NCBI RefSeq assembly: GCF_009834535.1
Contig: NC_045696.1
Span: forward strand, 11,534,001-11,598,000
Source: Camelus ferus
Taxonomy: Eukaryota
Direction of reading: 5' to 3'
DNA length: 64,000 nucleotides
The translations under genes and the position numbers were made by a program. Below the pieces are notes generated by a model. That model made no database searches, was not told the DNA's origin, and saw only the letters and a program-made list of their open reading frames with translations. This document shows, piece by piece, positions 13,616 to 25,580 of this stretch (position 1 is its first letter; each line of letters begins with the position of its first letter).

Positions 13616-16239
13616 TCTAAGTTCCCCCAAACCAGCAATACTCTCAATTGTGGCATAAATCACCCAAAACAATGTATACAGTTTGAGACTTCAACTGTGA
13701 AGCAGACCAAATGTGGGGCATCTCCTCTTCCTCCCTTTTTCCATCCCCCCTTTCAGATTTTTAATGAACTGATTCCTCACAACAACTTCCTTGGATCCTT
13801 CCACCCAGGGGGTGGCATAAGGGGCTACATCTATTTCTTACTACAGTGTTAATGACTTAATTCCCCTCTTGCAGTGGTCTGTGGCCTTTCGAAAAGGAAA
13901 GGAAAAAAAGTGAAGTGCTTTCTCCAGAAAGTACACCCTCCGCCAAGGAGGGAAGTATTGAGGTGAGAGGCCTTCCTGGGACATTAACATCACCCTCTGG
14001 GGACACCTGTTACCCTGCCTCGGGTCCTGTCATCTCAAGGTCTCCCCTTGTTTGGCTCACAGGATTACTCCTTTCTCTGGGCAAAAACCCTCTTAATAGC
14101 TCACCTTTTAATGAGACCTGAAGGCTGCAAATAGTGTGAGGTTGACTTCACCTTTGTCCTGGCCTTAGTAAGACAATATCCAGAACATGAGTGGGGGCGG
14201 GGACTCATGAACTCAGCAATCCTTCCCAGGCAGAGTTGTACACACACACACACATACACACGCACACACATCACTTGAATCTCTATGACCTGCCAAAAAC
14301 TAAATCTATTAGTTAAGCATTAAAGGTGTTGGATTTGGAAGATAAGGGCTATGAATGACACCCAATGTTTCCTTAAAGCTGGCAATTAAGTGAACTAAAA
14401 TCCAGATTTCTCATGATTCTTACAGTCCCTGGAGTACCGATTCTCCTGGCTGAAGTAGACCATGTCAGAAAAATCTCCCAGCCCCTCCTCCATCCTCAGA
14501 ACCATCCTCCTTCACTAGATCCAGTCAGTCCAGCAAAATAATTTTACATCCAATTTATAGTTCCTCCTGACGCAGAAATGAAGTGAGATTCACCACTTAA
14601 GGAAGAAGAAGAGATAAATGGGCATGAGCACCTCAGGGTGCAGAGGGCTCCTCACTGGACCCTATTCGGGCAGGAGTCTCCCGCATTCCAGTCTGCCCAT
14701 GGGCCCCGCACAGTGTTCCGGAACCCAAGCACCCGGCTGGGGACTGAGCTCTGAGAGCATCCTCGGGCAGTTCCGCCAAGGCTAACAGCCTGATATTATG
14801 GGGCAAAAATGCACCGGGGAGGAACTGGAGCCACAACACCACGCAGGAAACTGTCAACATAAAGCCTGGTCTCTTTTTGTTAAGTTTCAAGAGGAAGCAT
14901 ACACAACCTGACTGAATCCTACACATTTCGAATGAAAATGAAGTCCTGCCACCTGTGCCAAGAGGAATTTACACAGGGACGGAGAATTGAGCACAGTGTA
15001 ATCAGCGAGCTGGGCCCTGGGCATCCTGGAGCCCTGACGGGTTGTGTAAGTTCTCAGCCCACTGAGAACCCAGGAGGAAAGTGCGCGGCGCTCCCTCCAG
15101 ACGAGAATGAGGCTTGGAGGATTTTTTTTTTCCTTCTTCTTTGAAGGGATCCTCAGTTCAGAAAGTAAATTCTGAACACGTGCCTTTTGCATGGAAATTC
15201 AAGCAAGAGGCACTTCCAAAACTACTCACTCTAACCCCACTTACTCAAAACAAAGGAGCACCCCACCCAGAGCAGCTGCAAAACAGAGGACAAATGAGAT
15301 CTGCACTCAAATGCAAGGGGCTCCAGGACACAGTAGGGAACCAAGGATGGTAACTAAAGATAGGTGAGGCTGGGGACCAGAGGGCAGGCTGCTAGCCCTG
15401 TAATCAGAGGTCACTGCAGAGCATTCCCAGGAACTCCCAGGCTGGGCAGAAGATGCCAGGGCAGAGGGTGGGAGGGCAGGTAGGAAGCCAGGGGCTCCTT
15501 TGGCCCTCCCATACTGCGGATGCGTCCCTGGTGAATGGGCCACATAAAGGGCGTACTACCTCACCTGTACTAAGCAAGCCCCAGCCTGGGGCAGAGGGGC
15601 AAAATGGGGAGCCTTGAGTCTGAGGTGACCATGAGCTTGGGGCAGCCCTAGTCTGAAATAGTTCCAAGCTTGGAGTAACTCCCAGGCTGGGGCATCCTCA
15701 CCTAAACATAAGTCATCATATTTTTCAGTGTCTTCTAAGTTATAACTTAGGTCTATCTGGGCCGTGCCTGGCAAGGGCTCACAACCCAACAACTTCTCAC
15801 AAGCCTGGAGGGGGTGCTCCTCCACAACTCTGGGGGTCTTCCTCTGCTTTCCCCTCTTCTAGAAAGATAAGAGTCTCCCAGCCTCTGCAGTCTGGGGGTA
15901 TCAGTGTGTGCTTCTGTACCTGCCAGAGCAGGGTCCTGACTGCAGCTCCCACCCCAGCAACCGGAGTGAGGACCCGGCGGTGGGGGGGGGGGGGTGAAAA
16001 GATGGGCGGTGATAGCGGGATGCAGGGGTGGGGAGGGTGGGTGGAGGGAAAGGCAGCGTGTGAAAACTACTCTGAGCACGAAAAAGTTCCCCCTGCCGCC
16101 CCAGTACACAGGGGGGAATGCCCCTGGGATCTCGGCCTTTCCCCCACCTCCTCCCCACAGCCTAGGATGGGGATCAGACTACAAGTTCCCCCAAGGGCTG
16201 GCTAATCAGCTCTCCCACCCTCAACAGAAGGACCCACAC

Positions 16240-17860
16240 ACTCCAGCCCTGGTTCCCGCCTCCGCGCTGATCTACAGCCCCTACCGGCCCCGAGCGCGGC
16301 GTCCCCCTACCCTACCCCCCGCGCCGCTGTCCGCCAGGCGGCGCCTTTCGAGGAGCAAAAAGGCTGCGGGCGGCTTCGCGGGTAAACCAGCCGCCCACCG
16401 TGGAGAGCGACCCCAGATTACCCCTCGGGGAGGGCTGCGAGGGCCTGCGCGCGCGTTTGGCTCGACCGCTCTTTCAACCCGCGAGCAAAGGCAAGCGGAG
16501 AGGCAGGCGCCCGGCCCGGGCTCCGCAGCCGGACTCGCAGCGCGTTTCTCTCCACAGAGGGTCCCGCTGCCCCTCCCGCCCCGAATGCCCAGTCCGAGGG
16601 CCAGGGGCCGGCGCCCCGGGCGGCTCACCTTCTCTCCGGTCAGCACGTGCAGCCCCTCGCGCACCTTGGCGAAGGAGCCCTCGCCCAGCTTCCTGCTGCC
16701 GATGAGGTAGTTGCCCACGCGCTTGTGGTGCTGGAAGTCGCGGAGCCGCTCGCGGGGCACGCCGCTCACCCAGGCCGGCAGGAAACTTCCCTCGCAGGCT
16801 GCCGCCGGCCTGGCCGCGTCCTCAGCGCCGCAGCCGCCCCCCGGCGCCGCCGGCTCGCCCAGGAGCCCGTCCCCCGCCGCCGCCGGCATCGCGCTAGCCC
16901 GCGGCCCGCGCCGCTCCGGCTCGCCTCCCGCGCTCGCGGCTACTCCTCCTAGTCTGGCTCCCCGGCTCCCCCGGCTCCTCCTGCCGCCGCCCCGGGCTCG
17001 GCCCCGCCCGGCCCGCGGCTCCCGCGCCCCGAGCCGCCGCCGAGCGCTGCGCGCAGACAATAGCGGCCGCCTGGGCCACGGGGTCCCAGGGACCCGCCCC
17101 CAAGAAGTTCTTCTTCGGAGGGTCACCCGGGCCCCTTTCGGGACCTAGAGACCCCACTCCGGGTCCCGTCCGGGCGGCTAGTGACAGTCGCCCTGCTCGG
17201 GTGTGCAGAGGGCGCGCTGGTCCGGGAGGGGCGGCGGGGGGCGCGGTCCGGTGCCGGGTCCCGGGGCCGGAGTGCCTGGTGCCCGAGCCCAGGCGCCTCC
17301 GCAGCCTCCGCCCTCGCCGCCGCCGGCTGGCCCGCACGGGCTCGGGTCCGGCTCGCTGGCTCCTAGCTGCGCGCCAGGCGGCCGCTCCCGCCCGAGAGGA
17401 GCGCGCGGCGGGCTGCAGGCGCCCTCTGGAAGGCAGCAGAAGAAAGCCCCATTCAGTTTGAATTTGCAGAAATTTAATCCGGTCGCGGGCGGCGGGAACA
17501 GATGCGAGCTCCACTCCGCAGCCTGTGCACTTTCAAATCCCTCGTAGCCCCTCCTTCTCCGCGCGCAACAGCCAAACTCGACCCTCGCCGGAGAGGGGAG
17601 GGCCCGGGGAGGGGAGCGGCGAGTGGGCGGCAGGAGCCACCTGAGCGCCAGACGGGGAGACCCCGCGCGGCCGCTGAGACGCGCGCTCCCGGGCCGCCCA
17701 AGTCGGGCCGCCTCCCGCTGCGCCTCTTGCCCGGATTCTGGGCTTGTGCTTTCTGGTCCTTTCCGCGATGAAATCCCCCACCACTGGCCGCACCCACCAG
17801 GGCAGGAGGAAGGGAGGGAGGCGCTCTCGGACCTGGTGGACTGTCGGTTAGGTGCCCTGT
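16240..17860. promoter_or_regulatory. CpG island / HUNK promoter and 5' UTR
   Basis: Very high GC and dense CpG spanning the ATG, with several GGGCGG/CCGCCC GC boxes; flanks are CpG-depleted. Confidence 0.92.
16629..16889 (-). CDS. HUNK: HUNK (hormonally up-regulated Neu-associated kinase) first coding exon, 87 codons; gene continues beyond the left end of the window
   Basis: Translates to MPAAAGDGLLGEPAAPGGGCGAEDAARPAAACEGSFLPAWVSGVPRERLRDFQHHKRVGNYLIGSRKLGEGSFAKVREGLHVLTGEK, matching the HUNK N-terminus and the kinase Gly-rich loop GEGSFAKV. ATG at 16889-16887; canonical donor AAG|GTGAGC at 16629/16628 (phase 0). Confidence 0.97.
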
Positions 17861-19789
17861 GGGTGTACAGCCCAGGGCCTTGCACACAGTAGGGCCCGCT
17901 GGACCCTGGATGGGTGGAAAATAGGATGGATGGAAGAAAGGGTGGAGAGGTGGCGGGGCGTCTGCCCGGGCTCACACCAGACGGGAACACTGTGTTGGAG
18001 GAGGAGCAGCCGCAACAATAATAGTAGCAGCGGTAACGTAGGAACCAGGGCGCTTGCTGTCGCTGCTTGTACGTTTACACCTTTTCTGCTTTCCATTGAA
18101 ATGATGCGGGCGATTGCAGGAGGAGGTGGACCAGCGCTCCCTGCTCCTGGAGGCTTTTGTTCTGTGCGCGCCCTGACTCTGCTCATCCCTCGTAAACAAG
18201 TGCAGCTGCCCTGACGACTCTGATCTTCTACGGGCTCCCCAGTGTCTTCTCAAACCAAAAATGAAGACTCGTGAGGGAGAAGCGAGGGGAGGAAGAAGGT
18301 AGTGGGAGGCATTTACAAAATGCTACCTGTTGAACAGCCAGATAAAAGGCGCCAGCGTTTAATGCACACTTAACCCCTGATATTACCACAGCAGAGTTGA
18401 AAGGGAGGATTCGGTCCTAAACAAGTTCCTTTCTTTCCTAGGTAAACAATTATGGCACAATCCACGTAAATGCTCGTAGACTGGGGCGGGACTGGGAGGG
18501 GGTACAGCTGTCAATAATCCAATGTCTTGGGGGCTTCCTGACCCATCTGAAAAGTGACCCAGACAAATGCCTGTTTTAAGTAGATCTAATATGCTATGAT
18601 CAACTACTCACGTGTTCTGACTGAGCGTGTTTTTTCCATCAGTCTTCTCATTGTTCCCTTCTGCCAGTATTAAAAATACACTTTCAGATGTTTTTCTTGT
18701 TGTGCTTAAGGAGCTTCTTCGCGGCCACTCCACCCCTATCATTTCTGCAAGGCCAATCTAATTGCTATAATGTCTCCTATTCAATCATCAGATTTTAGGA
18801 CAATAACATGGAGGGAGAAGGGAGCTGTCGGAATAGCATAGTGCCTGCAGAGTGAACGCTCAGCAAACATCTAAGGGATGAGGAGCTCACACTGAGATCA
18901 AAACCATTCGGAATCTTCTTTCAAAAAAGGTTTTAGAGTTTTGCAAATTAATAGCATATGTATTAATAAAGTATGAATTTCTTTCAATTTTAGGACAATT
19001 AGCTCTAGATGAAAATTTAGAAATTACTTTATTATAGTAAAGGCAAATAAATGTCAGAGACAGTTCATCAAAGGATCTTTATGGCCAAAAAAAAGTTAGC
19101 TTACTTCAAAAATGGTGGAAAGACTTACAATGAAAGAGATTTTCTTTCCTTTTAATTATGCTCTCAGGGTGGAGGTCAGGAAAGAGGTGAAGAAGAGAGA
19201 AAATCCAGGCCCATTAATTCTTTTTCAAGCCTGATGCCTGGGTTTGATTCAAGTTCACTGCTAATTCCATCAGCTGGGATGGATGCCAAAGAGAAGTCCA
19301 AATCCTACTCTGCCTGGGCTTAGTAACTGGTTTTTGAACCACAGGTCCTGTTCCCTGAAACGGCCCTGTTTAATAAGGAATAACCCCAGAAATTCCTTTA
19401 TGTAAGACAGATTAGGACACAAAACATTGTACTGCCCGCATATTAGATAGATGTGCAGAAAACATCTGGTTGAAAGACAGTGGTCCAGCACTGATTTTCT
19501 ACCAATTGTCCCAAACTCAATCCCACTCCTGGGGCATCTCCCTGAGCACTACACTTCAGCTGTCTTCATCTGGGATTGACTTCCTCACCTCTGCACCTTT
19601 GCATCTGCCACCCCCACCCCGAGTCTGCTGCCTCTGACCCATCTCTACCTAGCACAGAGGTTCCCTTTCCCATGAAGCCCTCCATAATCAATGAACTAGA
19701 AGAGACGGGTCACACCTCCATTCTCTCTTACTATATATCACTTACTCTCCTTAAGTCCAATATTACTTCCTGTGAAAGTCCTTCTCTTT

Positions 19790-19906
19790 TAGACTCATTG
19801 AGAACTGGAGCTGCCTTATTTCATATTCGATTTGCTCTAGAGCACGTAGGACAGTGCCTGAGACATAATCATCTTTCAATATATATTTGTCAAATAAATG
19901 AATGAA
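19790..19906 (+). mobile_element. L2 3' terminal fragment
   Basis: acagtgcctgagacata...aatatatatttgtcaaataaatgaatgaa. Confidence 0.65.
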
Positions 19907-20702
19907 AGTTATCTTTCACTGATTCTCGAGTGAGTGGAGCTTCATTGTTCCAGACAGCCAGACCCCATCTGTCCTGGGGAAAGATATTTCAAATAACTTT
20001 CTAAAAGCATTTGCAGTCACATAGTTGGTTACCCTTGGGGGTCAACAAATATAACTGTTTGTCTCGTCAAAGATGGGCCACTCTCTAACTTGGGTGAGTT
20101 AACCCTTTAAAAAAAAAATCACCGAATTGCAATGGGCTGGAAAGCCATGAAAAGCTTTCTCAGTTGACTCATACCGGCTGCTTCCTTCCTCCCTGTCTCC
20201 TTCCCCATCTCCTTCCTCCATATGGCTGGGAGACTGTCTCTGTGCTCCCACAGAACGCCAGCTAGGAGACCCAGCTGGAAGCAGTCAAAGACAATTAGAA
20301 GTAATCAGGCTGGCACAGCCAGGAAATGAAAGTTGGCTAGAGGGGTTAGGCTGGCAGAAGCTGGCTGGTTACTGGAGAAGGAACAGATAGCAGAGCAAAG
20401 ACAGCCGGCAGGCATAAACTGCCTGGAAGACATTCTGTGAACTCTGTATGTTAATTCTCCTCCAAACAAAGCTTCCAATAAATCATAGAGGCAGGACTTG
20501 AACTCATGCCCCCAGAGTTCTGGTCCACCGTTACTCTTTGCACAGCGCCCAGCTGTTGAATGTTCATGGTGCAAAGGCTGAGGAAGGCAGGGTCTTTCCA
20601 CCACAGACTGGGGTGTTGGAGACAGCGGAGCCTGGTACTGGCGAGCAGGCAGCCTGCAACACCCTGCAGTGAAGTTCTTCTCTAAAAATGAATCGTGACT
20701 CA

Positions 20703-20840
20703 TCACCTCTCTGTGCCTGGGTCTCCTTCATCTGTAAAACTGTGATATTAAGGAAGTGTGAGGATTAAATGAGATTATGCACAGAAAGCTTTCAGCCCAG
20801 TACCTGGCACTTATAAGCTTATGGTGAATTTGAGCTCTCA
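20703..20840 (+). mobile_element. MIR SINE fragment
   Basis: cctctctgtgcctgggtctccttcatctgtaaaa...gtgaggattaaatgagat...cagtacctggcac. Confidence 0.75.
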
Positions 20841-20929
20841 TTCCTTCAGTCAATACCATCATCATCAAAACACTGGGAGCAGTCACTCAGGAATGCCCCA
20901 GGATTCCACAAACACAACCGTCCTTATTA

Positions 20930-21057
20930 TGGAGGAAACCAAACATTTTCTCCAGGTTGGATCACTTCCCTGAATCCAGAGTCCTGTGACCAGCACTCTT
21001 CTTCTCCACCAGGCGGTCTCAAAGGGTCTCAGACTTCACCTGGGCTCAACACACAAA

Positions 21058-21096
<39 letters not shown>

Positions 21097-21840
21097 CTCC
21101 CCACTCCAATCCTAGGGCTTCACCCAAATTCACCCCAAAATCTGAGTCATTCTTTGCTGCCTCTTCTTCCTGAGTCTCACATCCAATCCCTCAGCAAATG
21201 CTATGGGTTCTGCTTTCACAACACACGCATATGTGACCACTGCTCATCCCCCTTCACCTCTGTCACCCTCTTCAAGCCCCCATCATCTCTCTCCTCCTAA
21301 CTGGTAACCCTTGATGCCTCACTAGAGCCCAAACTATCTCTTAAAAATGGAAATCTGATCACAACATCACTTCCCTTCCCCAAACTATCCAAGAGAACCC
21401 CATCACAGAAGAGATACCCCATGTGCCTTGTTGCACAGCCCCTGCCTCCCTCTTCAGCATCCGACCTCCTGAGACTGACTAGCTGCACTTCCCTCTCGCT
21501 CGTCCTACAAGCCACCCTCAGGGCTTTTGCCCTTGCTCTTCCCTTTGCCCACAACAAACTTCTCTATCTGCATATGGTCTGTTTCTCCATTCATTCAGGG
21601 CTCTGCTCTCTGGATCAGAGAGGCGGGGAGACCTCCCCAGGTCCCTTAATTGCCATCTTTAACCCACACTCCGCTCAGTATTTCCTCAAGCCATTCGTCA
21701 GTAGCTGACAGAAGAGTGCACATTGGTTTGTGTATGTGTTTATTGTCTCTCTCTCCCTCAAAACTCTGTGCACGCAGCCAGGACGTTGTCTGTATTGCAG
21801 CCCCTGTGCACGGCAGGCATATTGCAGGAGCTCAGCAGCA
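20930..21840 (+). mobile_element. L2 fragment containing a (CA)n tract at ~21048-21094
   Basis: cacatccaatccctcagcaaatgct...ctgatcacaacatcactt...ctcagggcttttgcccttgct. Confidence 0.65.
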
Positions 21841-22269
21841 CCCAAAGAACGTCATCTCAACTCCTGGTCTGCTCGTGCATAGAAAGTGGCTGGTGATACC
21901 AAGTCTGCCCTCCCAGGACGGCTTCCCAGCAGCACCCAGCTGATATCAGGAAGAGAAAGGGGCATTCTTCAGACAAGATCCTGATGGCTGCCCCTGGGAG
22001 AGTCCGACTCTATCATGGTTGTACCTCCATCAGTCCCCAAGAGTCGGATGCCATGGCTGTTTTGTAAGAAAAATCTATCCCCCACCTCACAGCCACAGGG
22101 GAACCTGGGGCTTTAGGAGGCCACTCCTTGGGGTTTGGGCCCTTCTTTCAAATCCCAGATAGAGGCTACTGAGGAGGAATGGAAGTTAAAATACTATATA
22201 GTGAGAGGGCGTCACACATACTCCTCCGGACCGTTTCTCCTTGCATGCATTTCTTATTGGCGGTCCACC

Positions 22270-22750
22270 CCAGCACCATCCTCACGGCCCCTGAGGCCCC
22301 TCCCGCTCTGTGACCTACACCCCTTCCCCATCCTTTTACTTCTCTGAACTCACCTCCCCCTGTTCACTCTGCCACAGCCACACTGGCCTGCGTGCTGCTC
22401 CCACACATGCCCAGCTCACTCCAGCATGAGCTGGCCCCCTCACCATCTTTGGGTCTTGACTTAAATGCCACCCCTTCTGTGAGACTATGTCTGACCACTT
22501 CGTTTACAAGGCAGACTTCCCCCAGACTCCCACCTCCGGGACTCCCTCTTTTCCTTCTCTGCTTGATTTTCCTTCCTGGCACTGAACACCACATGACAAA
22601 CCCTATAGTTTCCTTATTTATGTTGTTTCCTGTCTGTCTCCCTCCTTAGAATGGAGGCTCCATGAGGGCTGTGATTTTTGTTCAGTGCTCTCTGTGTGGT
22701 GCATGCCCCCTAGGAAGGATGCAATACAAATGTGTTGTGATTGAGTGAAT
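22270..22750 (+). mobile_element. L2 3' fragment
   Basis: cactctgccacagccacactggcct...ttagaatggaggctccatgagggc...tgattgagtgaat. Confidence 0.7.
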
Positions 22751-23339
22751 TTGTAATTTACAGGTTCTCCCATTGCCAAAGAGGGGACCATAATACATGA
22801 GAAAGCAGAAAAAAGAAACCCAGCAAAAGTGAGTTCTGCTGAGGAAAGCATGCCTCATAAAGACAGATTGGGAAAAAAAATCAATATTCATGCCACAAAG
22901 ATAAACCTCTAGAACAAGACACACATTTGTACTCTGGCAGGAAGGAAAAGGTGGTTATTAGCACTCAGGCTGGAAACTGATGGCCTCCATATATGGGTGC
23001 TAATGACTGTCCATTTCTGGCTGCGGACTGGGCAGAACCGAGCAGGATCATTGGGTCTGCAGTGGCACCTGGAGACTCAGCACACAGTGGGACAACTCTA
23101 AAATGTGACCAGTGGGTGGAGGGTCAGCAAGAGGAAGGGCATTCTGGAACTGAGCCCACTCACCAGTCATGGGTCTGGCACTCAGACAGTGAGTGACTGC
23201 AGAAGCCTGCTCAGGATGGCAGTGGCCAGACCCAGACAACGAGAGTCAGGCGCCCCCTGCTGGTTGACTCCCCTCTGCTTTCCCTCACAGCCTGCCAGGA
23301 AGCCCAAAGAACCAGTCTGGAAACCCAGAACCTCCCTCA

Positions 23340-23500
23340 CCAGCTGGCCTGGTGACCCTGAGCAGGGCATTTATCATCTCTGAACATCAGTTTTCTCCAT
23401 CTGTAAAGGGATTAACTCCTTTCAGTACTTCCTAGTTCCCTGGACTGTTGCCTGGATAAAATGAGGCAAATATATATGAATGTGCTACAAATATAAAAGC
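23340..23500 (+). mobile_element. MIR fragment
   Basis: gtgaccctgagcagggcatttatcatctctgaacatcagttttctccatctgtaaa. Confidence 0.65.
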
Positions 23501-23639
23501 TACCTTGGTTATTGTCATCTTAAGTCAAAGTCGAAAGTGTGTGGGACATACATTGGAAAACAATGAATTTAAAATAAAATGGAAGGTGAAGGGTTGAAAA
23601 GATGTGGTCATTTAGAGCCTCTTCCTTCTGAGGTAGAGG

Positions 23640-24190
23640 CTTTCTGGGGGATATTGACATGGATATAAGCATCATGCTTTGTGCCTACCATCGTAGGACC
23701 ATCCACATGCCTCCACCTCAGACCTCCTTAACGATGATCTTCCTATGTTTCTCCTTCCAGGTCCCTGGTCAACTGACAAGCCATTTGTTACTGCCGATGA
23801 ATCTGTGTGTATAGATAATAGAAAGATTGATAGTATATATTCTTCATCTGGACCAGTAGGTGACCAGTTGCACTGAAACTCCACCCATTGGAAGGAACTC
23901 CCCTCCCTGTTGTCTTCAAGGCCAATTCTGGGGGCAGCTGTAGTGCAGTTACTGTGTATTTTGGGCTTGTACCCACACACACCAAGCAAGAACAAAGCTC
24001 GTGCATTGGCTTCTTCCATAAGTATGTCATCAGGGATCCCCCTTCCAAATGTGGTCATATATACGAGCTGATAGAGAGTTGCTGGTGCAACAAGGATGCA
24101 GGTTATGTAGGTCTGAGCTACCTGCTTCAGTAGCTTGCTTGGGCCCTCAGGCCCTCCTCATGCTCCATCCCCGAAGGCATGACTGGAAAT
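23640..24190 (-). mobile_element. ERV-L pol (RNase H) fossil
   Basis: ORF 23672-24058 contains LEDNREGSSFQWVEF and IHTDSSAVTNGL, resembling the ERVL RNase H motifs LKDSGEGKSSQWAEL and LYTDSWAVANGL; frameshifted. Confidence 0.8.
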
Positions 24191-24199
24191 ATGGATGAT

Positions 24200-24370
24200 G
24201 CAGTTCCAAGATGCAAGGATGGGAAGTTCATTCTGGCTGTTGGCAGGAGGCCTCAGTTCCTTGACACATGAACTTCTCCAAGTGGTGGTTCGAACATCCT
24301 CATGGCAAGGCAGTTGGCTTCCCCCCAATGCAGTAATCTGTAAGAGAAGGCAAGGCAGGAGCCTCAATTA
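24200..24370. mobile_element. MaLR (MLT1F/G-like) LTR fragment
   Basis: ctggctgttggcaggaggcctcagttccttg...catcctcatggcaaggcagttggcttccc. Confidence 0.6.
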
Positions 24371-24389
24371 TTCTGCTTTCCTGAATTTA

Positions 24390-25580
24390 TTGAGTTTTAA
24401 TTGACAATTTTGAATTGTGTATATTTAAGGGATACAACTGGATGGTTTGAGACACAGATATAGATATAGCTATACACACACACATTGTGAAATATTCTTC
24501 ATAATCAAGTTAATTAACATATCCTCACAGGGTTACCTTTTTTCATATATGTGGTTTGAATACACTGAAGATGTACTCTTTTAGCAAATTTGAAGCATCC
24601 AATGCAATATTGTTAACTATAGTCACATTATTGTACATTAACTCTCCAGAACTTATTTATCTTGTATGACTTTGTACCTGTTGACCAGTATCTCCCCATA
24701 CTCCCCTCCTCCCAGTCCCATTCTACTTTCCATTTCTATGAGTTTGACAATTTTAGATTCCGCATATAAGTGAGAACATTCAGTATCTGTCTTTCTGTGT
24801 TTGGCTTATTTCACTTAGCATAATTTCTTTCAGGTTCATCCATGTTTTCTCAAATGGCTGTATTTCCTTCTTGTTCAGTGGCTGAATAATATTCCACTGT
24901 ATGTATACACCACATTGTCTTTATCTATTCATCCATGGACATTTAGGTTATTTCCATATCTTAACTATGGTGAATACTGCTGACATAAACATGGGAGTAC
25001 AGATATCTCTTCAAGATACTGATTTCATTTCCCTTAGATATATACTCATAAGTGGAATTGCTGGGTTATATGGTAGTTCTATTTTAAGTTTTTTGAGAAA
25101 CCTCCATATTGTTTTCCATAGTGACTGCACTAATTTACATTCTTACCAACAGTGCACAAGCGTTCCCTTTTCTCCACATCCTCACCAACATTTGTTATCT
25201 TTTGTCTTTGTGACAATAGCCATCCTAACAGATATGCGGTGATACCTCATTGTGGTTTTGATTTGCATTTCCCTGATAATTAGTGAAGATGAGCACCTTT
25301 TTATGTATCTGTTGCCCATTTGTATATCTTCTTTTGAGAAATGTCTATTTAGGTCCTTTGCCTATTTTTTAGTAGGGTTATCAGGGTATTTTTGTGTGTG
25401 TGTGCTCTTGAGTTGCATGATTTCCTTATAGATTTTGGATATTAATCCTTTATCAGATATGTGGTTTGCAAATATTTTCTCCCATTCTGTAGGTTGCCTT
25501 TTCATTTTGTTGATGGTTTCTTTTGCTGTGCAGCTTTTCAGTTTGATGTGATCCCATTTGTCTATTTTTATTCTTTTATT
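24390..25580 (-). mobile_element. L1 (L1MA-type) ORF2 C-terminus and 3' UTR
   Basis: Minus [52 protein letters not shown] is L1 ORF2. Confidence 0.9.

Larger units (their letters stand above)
1..16628 (-). other. HUNK: HUNK intron 1 (partial)
   Basis: Lies downstream of the exon-1 donor; I did not find the expected next kinase exon (VAIKVIDK...) in the window. Confidence 0.85.

Noticed and set aside
16281..17126. 281-aa minus-strand ORF as a single-exon protein
   Set aside because: Only residues 80-166 are HUNK; the rest is GC-rich leader and read-through past a canonical splice donor.
15994..18214. Many long overlapping ORFs on both strands (238, 206, 270 aa etc.)
   Set aside because: Pro/Arg/Gly/Ala-rich products expected from stop-codon scarcity in a CpG island; no recognisable domains.
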